Part shown: positions 7,727 to 12,127 of the stretch, one piece after another
How positions within the stretch are numbered: the stretch's first letter is position 1
How the letters are laid out: every line of letters begins with the position of its first letter
From: Bdellovibrionota bacterium
Lineage (GTDB): Bacteria > Bdellovibrionota_C > UBA2361 > OMIW01
Direction: 5' to 3'
Assembly: GCA_044345055.1 (NCBI GenBank)
Contig: JBIJBT010000080.1
Coordinates: 1 to 12,127 of the forward strand
DNA: 12,127 bases
Position numbers and translations under genes: made by a program
Notes under the pieces: model-generated
Seen by the model: the letters and a program-made list of their open reading frames with translations, nothing else
Told to the model about the DNA's origin: nothing
The model's database searches: none

Positions 7727-9766
7727 ATGGCACGAAAAAAAGACAGTACTGATTCACCGATAGATCAATTTATTGGGCTAATTGATGAGTCGCTATCTCC
7801 TCACGAGGCAGAAGAGCTCCGTAGGAAAATTGATATTGATCCAAACCTTCGGAGTGAATTCGAACAGTATCGTCGGATCGTTGCGGGAGAGAAGCGCGTG
7901 CATTCGGTGACAGGAGAACCGTCGGCTGATTTTTTGGAACAGGTGATGACTAACGTTCGGAATGAGCCGGATGAAGGTCTGAAGTTAACGCAGTGGGAGA
8001 TGGTGATTATGCAGTACAAGAAGTATCGGAATGTGGTGGTGGGAGGAATTGCTACGGGTGGGGTTGTTTGTTTGGCGTTGCTGTTGCCGGAAGGGGAGGT
8101 GGGGAGCGGCGATCAGGCTTTAAGGAGCGCTGAGTCAGCAAATGAACTTGCGGGAAGATTTAACGAAGAACTTAGAGAACTCCGTCAACTTCGCAGCCAG
8201 AATGAGGAGGCAAATCGTAGAAATCCGGAATTAAACAAAGGACTTATTCAATACGAAGAGAGGACGGCTACAATCCTCGAGCGAATGATCGATAAAATGG
8301 AGGCATCGGCGGGTGCTCCATCGACAGACTCTGCGCATCCAATCTTGGCTCAACGCAACACGCCGCAACACCAGCCTATAACCCAACTATTCCAACTCAC
8401 CACCACCGCCCCTCACTCCACCTTTTCAATGGACGTAGACACAGGCAGCTACACTAACGCGCGGAAGATCCTCCGGAGTGGTCGGCGACCTTTGGCTGAT
8501 TTGGTGCGGGCCGAAGAGTTTATCAATTACTTTTCTTATCAACATTCAACCAACACGGAAAAACCGTTCTCCACGGTGTACGACATAGCTCCGTCACCGA
8601 TGACGAAGGGGGCAAAGATTCTGCGCATCGGCGTGAAATCGAGAGAGAGTATCTCATCAGACAAACCGTGGAACCTTGTGTTTCTGATCGATACCTCGGG
8701 GTCGATGGCAGATCATAACAAGCTGCCGATGGTAAAAGAGGCGCTCAAGCTCCTTGCGGGAAAGATGCGTGCATCTGATCGTTTGAGCATCGTGACGTAT
8801 GCAAATGGGTCACAGGTTGCACTTCCACCAACGAGTAGTGCCGAGCTTGATCGGATCAACGGAGTGATTGATGGATTAACGGCGGAGGGTGGAACGAATG
8901 GCCACGCCGGTATAACCCTCGCCTATGAAGCAGCTCAAAAGGGATTTATTCCGAACGGTGTAAATCGGGTTATCCTTGCGACCGATGGAGACTTTAATGT
9001 TGGAATAACGAATCACGATGAACTGATCAGCGAGATTCAACGTCAACGGTTGAAGAATGTTTCATTGACGACAGTCGGAGTTGGAGAGGCAAATTATCAA
9101 GAGCACTTAATGGAGCAGCTGGCTGATAAGGGTGATGGAAATTACTTTTATCTTGATACCTTTGATGAGGCTCGGAAGGTGTTTGGTCACGATCTGGTAA
9201 GCACGATAGACACGGTTGCAAAGGATGCCAAAATTCAGGTTGAGTTTAATCCAGCGGCGGTGTCGCAGTATCGTCTCATCGGCTATGAGAACCGCGCTCT
9301 TGCGGCGCATCAATTTACCGATAATTCGGTCGATGCTGGTGAGGTCGGAGCAGGGCAGAGTGTAACTGCGCTCTATGAGGTTGTCCTTGCGGGCGATAAG
9401 ATAACGCAAGAAGGAACAGTCGAAACCCGCTACGGGCCAACTCCAGTGCCAACCCCAACGCCAGGCCCTCGTCCAGAAGAATTCGGATTTGTGCGGATTC
9501 GTTTCCAAGATCCAACGAGCAAAGAGGTGGAGCAGCTCTCCTTTCCGATGATGACCGAGCAGGTGCAAAGCTCGCTTGCAGAATCCTCGGAGAACCTCCG
9601 ATTTGCGACGGCAGTTGGGGCATTTGCTGAAAAACTTCGTGGCGTGCCGATGAGTGCGACCTATGCTGAGATAGCAGATCTTGCACAGGGTGCGCGTGGA
9701 AGCGATCCTGATGGTCGTCGCGCGGAGTTTATATCTCTGGTGCGAGAGGCAGGAGCGATACCGTAA
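7727..9766 (+). CDS. Putative anti-sigma factor fused to YfbK-like vWA module (vWF_A + VWA + DUF3520-like)
   Basis: N-terminal LIDESLSPHEAEELRRKI (anti-sigma-domain-like), one hydrophobic helix, STFSMDVDTGSY, RAEEFINYF, MIDAS DTSGS...GGT...TDGDFNVG, YRLIGYENR, DAGEVGAGQSVTALYE. Starts 10 bp after the sigma stop. Confidence 0.9.
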   Translation: MARKKDSTDSPIDQFIGLIDESLSPHEAEELRRKIDIDPNLRSEFEQYRRIVAGEKRVHSVTGEPSADFLEQVMTNVRNEPDEGLKLTQWEMVIMQYKKYRNVVVGGIATGGVVCLALLLPEGEVGSGDQALRSAESANELAGRFNEELRELRQLRSQNEEANRRNPELNKGLIQYEERTATILERMIDKMEASAGAPSTDSAHPILAQRNTPQHQPITQLFQLTTTAPHSTFSMDVDTGSYTNARKILRSGRRPLADLVRAEEFINYFSYQHSTNTEKPFSTVYDIAPSPMTKGAKILRIGVKSRESISSDKPWNLVFLIDTSGSMADHNKLPMVKEALKLLAGKMRASDRLSIVTYANGSQVALPPTSSAELDRINGVIDGLTAEGGTNGHAGITLAYEAAQKGFIPNGVNRVILATDGDFNVGITNHDELISEIQRQRLKNVSLTTVGVGEANYQEHLMEQLADKGDGNYFYLDTFDEARKVFGHDLVSTIDTVAKDAKIQVEFNPAAVSQYRLIGYENRALAAHQFTDNSVDAGEVGAGQSVTALYEVVLAGDKITQEGTVETRYGPTPVPTPTPGPRPEEFGFVRIRFQDPTSKEVEQLSFPMMTEQVQSSLAESSENLRFATAVGAFAEKLRGVPMSATYAEIADLAQGARGSDPDGRRAEFISLVREAGAIP

Positions 9767-9777
9767 AAATCGAAGTG

Positions 9778-9812
9778 AGGCGCATCGCCCTGAACGAGGG
9801 GTGATTGCGCCT
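9778..9812 (+). terminator. GC-rich stem-loop after the ECF-vWA operon
   Basis: aggcgca-tcgccc ... gggtga-t-tgcgcct, 11 bp after the stop. The U-tract is poor, so it may be a stabilising hairpin rather than an intrinsic terminator. Confidence 0.45.
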
Positions 9813-10059
9813 TCTGGTGGGGCGGGTAAATTATGACTGTAAATTTGGTAATCATTTACCTGGTTCTACGCGGATTAGGAGGCTGAAGAGTTAGGAAATA
9901 TTTACCCCAAAACCTGAATAAATCTGAGAAAATGAGCCGAGGTAATAATTGTATTATTATGCGTTTGTCACATTCCTCGAAATTGCACCATCTTGGAGAG
10001 TAAAGTTCCAAGGACGGTCGAAAGTCGGAATTCAAACCAATTTTGCATTTTATCCTCGG

Positions 10060-10086
10060 ACCTCTATAAGTCTGAGCAATAGAGGT
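10060..10086. repeat. 27-bp intergenic dyad, copy F
   Basis: acctctat-aa-gtc-t-gag-ca-atagaggt; 21/22. Confidence 0.9.
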
Positions 10087-10122
10087 TTGAGGTAAAATAC
10101 TGCAGGCAATCTCGGGAGAAAA

Positions 10123-11016
10123 ATGAATTGGAAGAGTGCCAATGAACATGGCCAACGTCACATGACGAACGGGCAAATTGCGGCCACGATACTCGTAATG
10201 GTGCTGTGGGGGGTAAACTTTCTTGCGGTGAAAGAGACTGTTGATTATCTGCCGCCGTTTCTTGCGGTCGGAATCCGCTTTGCAGCGGTCGGGCTATGTC
10301 TTATTCCATTTGCGCCTTATCCAAAAGAGAAAACAAAACCGCTTATCAACGCCGGTCTTTTGCTCGGCGTTGGTCATTTTGGCTTGTTATTTTTCGGGAT
10401 GCGATATGTCGAGGTTGGTGTAGCCTCGGTTGTTAACCGAATCGGTGGCGTTGTGCTTGCGATATTGGGAGTGGTGCTTCTTGGCGAAATAGTTTCTCTC
10501 CGGTTGTGGTTGGGGCTCGCCTTGTCGATGGTTGGAGTAGTGGTGTTGGTGGCAGAAAATCAAACCCTTGAGGTATCACTTGCAGCGACAAACTCGTATG
10601 GTGTGGCGATCCTGCTCGTCTCCTCTTCGATATGGTCATTTGCCACCGTATACATGAAGAATTCTCTCAGTAATGTTTCGACTCTGTGCCAGCTGGCTTG
10701 GGTGGCAATCTATTCAGTCCCCGGCTGTCTCCTCCTCTCGCTCGTTTTTGAAGTCGATCAGTTGACAGCAATAATGTCAGCTCCCGCAGGCGCGTGGATG
10801 GGATTGGGATATACGGTAGTTGGCTCCAGTCTCGCAGCCTACGGCATTTGGTATGAGCTGGTTAAACGATGTGAGGTGAGCAAGCTCTCTGCATTTCTAT
10901 TTTTGATGCCTATCGTAGGAGTTGTGATAGGAATGTTGGTTCGCGGTGAGTCTTTGACCTGGATGAAGCTGTTAGGGGCGGCACTGATACTTTATGCGAT
11001 GAAGCTGTCCATTTAG
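10123..11016 (+). CDS. EamA/DMT family transporter
   Basis: About 10 hydrophobic segments in two EamA repeats: LWGVNF, PPFLAVGIRF, LLGE, AYGIWYELV, FLMPIVG...GE. GGAG precedes ATG 10123; alternative start ATG 10162. Confidence 0.95.
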   Translation: MNWKSANEHGQRHMTNGQIAATILVMVLWGVNFLAVKETVDYLPPFLAVGIRFAAVGLCLIPFAPYPKEKTKPLINAGLLLGVGHFGLLFFGMRYVEVGVASVVNRIGGVVLAILGVVLLGEIVSLRLWLGLALSMVGVVVLVAENQTLEVSLAATNSYGVAILLVSSSIWSFATVYMKNSLSNVSTLCQLAWVAIYSVPGCLLLSLVFEVDQLTAIMSAPAGAWMGLGYTVVGSSLAAYGIWYELVKRCEVSKLSAFLFLMPIVGVVIGMLVRGESLTWMKLLGAALILYAMKLSI

Positions 11017-11049
11017 AGTCCTACTGATCGCTATTCCACAGAGAATCGG

Positions 11050-11076
11050 ACCTTTATGACTCTGAGGAATAGAGGT
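11050..11076. repeat. 27-bp intergenic dyad, copy G
   Basis: acctttat-ga-ctc-t-gag-ga-atagaggt; 21/22. Confidence 0.9.
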
Positions 11077-11082
11077 GTGGAG

Positions 11083-11109
11083 GTGTCTAAGTCTCTAAGG
11101 TAAGAAGCG
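11083..11109. repeat. 27-bp intergenic dyad, degenerate copy H
   Basis: gtgtctaa-gt-ctc-t-aag-gt-aagaagcg; only 12/22 to consensus but 24/28 to copy C including the right flank. Confidence 0.65.
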
Positions 11110-11148
11110 AGTGATGCGTTGCTGATTACTCAGCTGGTTCGCCCATAG

Positions 11149-11175
11149 ACCTCTATCCCTCTGAGCTAAAGAGGT
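11149..11175. repeat. 27-bp intergenic dyad, copy I
   Basis: acctctat-cc-ctc-t-gag-ct-aaagaggt; 21/22; 18 bp beyond the Rpn stop. Confidence 0.9.
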
Positions 11176-11193
11176 CTTTTAAGGTGTGCCTGC

Positions 11194-11925
11194 TCAATCT
11201 AGACCGAGCAATTTTTTTGCCTGTTCCTCTGACATACCCGCATCGATTAGTCGGCTGAGCGCCTTAGCCAAACCCTCAGCGATTCCTTCGGCCCTACCCT
11301 CAGCTCGACCCTCAGCCCGTCCCTTATCAATGCCCCGCTTATGCGCTGTTAAAATCGCCATCTCATCATCGCGAAGCCACTTGAGCCGCGCTTCGTAGAC
11401 CTCCCGCTCGTCACTACTGAGCCCCATCGTATCGAGTATCTCGATAGCCCGAGCTATAGAAGTCACCTCGCCAAGGGTTCGCGGAATCTTCGAGCGAGAG
11501 AATTCGTGCGCACGGGTTAGAAAAACGATCCATCGGTCTAACGCAGATTTAACCGTTTCGATATCCCCAGTATATTTTTTGAGCTCGATAAAATGGATCT
11601 AAAGATGATCGATAAATTCGGTGCCAGTTTTAACATTCAATAATCGAAAAGTGTTGTGGCAATCCTCATCAGCAAGACAGTTAAAGTTAAGAATATTAAT
11701 ACCAATAGTCTTGGTGAGTTTATCGTAATTCATTCCCTCCTGAAGCTGCGCATTATACACTCGTGACCAGTAGTAGAGGGAGCGCTTGTCGTAGTATTCC
11801 TGATCGGTAATCTGCATCTCGATATTGTACCAACGCCCCTTTTCATCCTGAGCTTTGATATCGAGCACAGAGAACTTATCTCGGGCAAAGGTCTTCTCGT
11901 TGTAAGGATTTTTCAACTCGATTCG
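11194..11925 (-). pseudogene. Rpn-family (PD-(D/E)XK nuclease) pseudogene with in-frame TAG and IS insertion
   Basis: ORFs 11599..11940 and 11194..11466 share a frame. Reading through gives LDIKA...NIEMQ...RSLYYWSR...DHL*IHFIELKKY...LDRWIVFL...EREVYEARLKWLRD. TAG 11599-11601 replaces the E of the family LEIHFIEL motif. The 5' part is cut off at 11926 by the IS. Confidence 0.93.
11269..11322 (-). repeat. 12-bp coding tandem repeat (GRAE x3, GIAE)
   Basis: Encodes GRAEGRAEGRAEGIAEGL in the Rpn tail. Confidence 0.85.
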
Positions 11926-12127
11926 CTCTGTACACGACAAAATTTATTGAGATCGAACCGGTTGAAGCAAATTGAGAAGGTTTAGCCAGCTAATCGGGTT
12001 CTTTGGCAGAGAGAAAATCGCCTCAATCATGGCATCGAGTCCATACCTGAAAATACTTTTTTCTGGCCTACCGTGTTTCTTAATTCGGATTTTTGCGACG
12101 TTTTCGATCTTCCACTCGCCGCATTTA
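11926..12127 (-). mobile_element. Right end of an IS4-family (IS10 group, ISAba1-like) insertion sequence
   Basis: Terminal inverted repeat CTCTGTACACGACAAA at 11926-11941, adjacent to a transposase 3' end. The element interrupts the Rpn reading frame. Confidence 0.9.
11944..12126 (-). CDS. IS4-family transposase, C-terminal 60 aa (partial, missed by the ORF track)
   Basis: KCGEWKIENVAKIRIKKHGRPEKSIFRYGLDAMIEAIF...VRSQ*. The KKHGR-x3-S-x-FRYGLD motif is characteristic of ISAba1-like transposases. Confidence 0.9.
   Translation of the reverse strand, partial: KCGEWKIENVAKIRIKKHGRPEKSIFRYGLDAMIEAIFSLPKNPISWLNLLNLLQPVRSQ

Noticed and set aside
9825..9892. Imperfect inverted repeat ggtaaat/atttacc and a half-dyad (aggctgaagag)
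   Set aside because: Short and in AT-rich sequence. The half-site has no partner at the correct spacing, so it was not counted.
9856..10176. 106-aa minus-strand ORF
   Set aside because: It crosses an AT-rich intergenic region, dyad F and the EamA start, has no recognisable motif and is likely spurious.
1723..11175. Classical integron with attC sites
   Set aside because: The repeats lack RYYYAAC/GTTRRRY ends, are too short, the genes are in mixed orientation and no intI is present.
11046..11176. CRISPR array
   Set aside because: Repeat copies are too divergent, the gaps are 6 and 39 bp, and there are no cas genes.
139..11398. Remaining short ORFs antisense to or nested in the called genes (e.g. 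139..348, 588..791, 3056..3337, 4050..4361, 5578..5865, 7446..7697, 9107..9568, 9315..9686, 11186..11398)
   Set aside because: They are shadow ORFs of better-supported genes with no independent motifs.
11599..11601. Stop-codon reassignment (TAG read as an amino acid)
   Set aside because: Other intact genes here end at TAG at their natural C-termini (ECF sigma 7716, EamA 11016), so a point mutation or sequencing error is simpler.
11926..11940. TTG start (MSCTE) of ORF 11599..11940
   Set aside because: These codons are the IS terminal inverted repeat, not the native Rpn start.

Overview
An accessory-gene region of roughly 50% GC, bracketed by two convergent Rpn/PD-(D/E)XK-family genes. The right one is broken by an in-frame TAG and by an ISAba1-like IS4-family element that runs off the window. 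Between them lie stand-alone modules in mixed orientation: two GNAT acetyltransferases, a nucleotidyltransferase, an AAA_14/DUF4143-type ATPase, an ECF sigma factor with an anti-sigma/vWA (YfbK-like) fusion partner and a matching ECF promoter, an EamA transporter, a membrane protein and hypothetical proteins. The most notable structure is non-coding. A 27-bp dyad (consensus ACCTCTAT-NN-CTC-W-GAG-NN-ATAGAGGT) occurs at least nine times, only between genes, and separates most modules. A ~95-bp hairpin-containing leader is also duplicated upstream of two unrelated genes and ends at one of these dyads. This may be a cassette-shuffling or REP-like system, but no recombinase gene is visible in the window, so that reading is inference.
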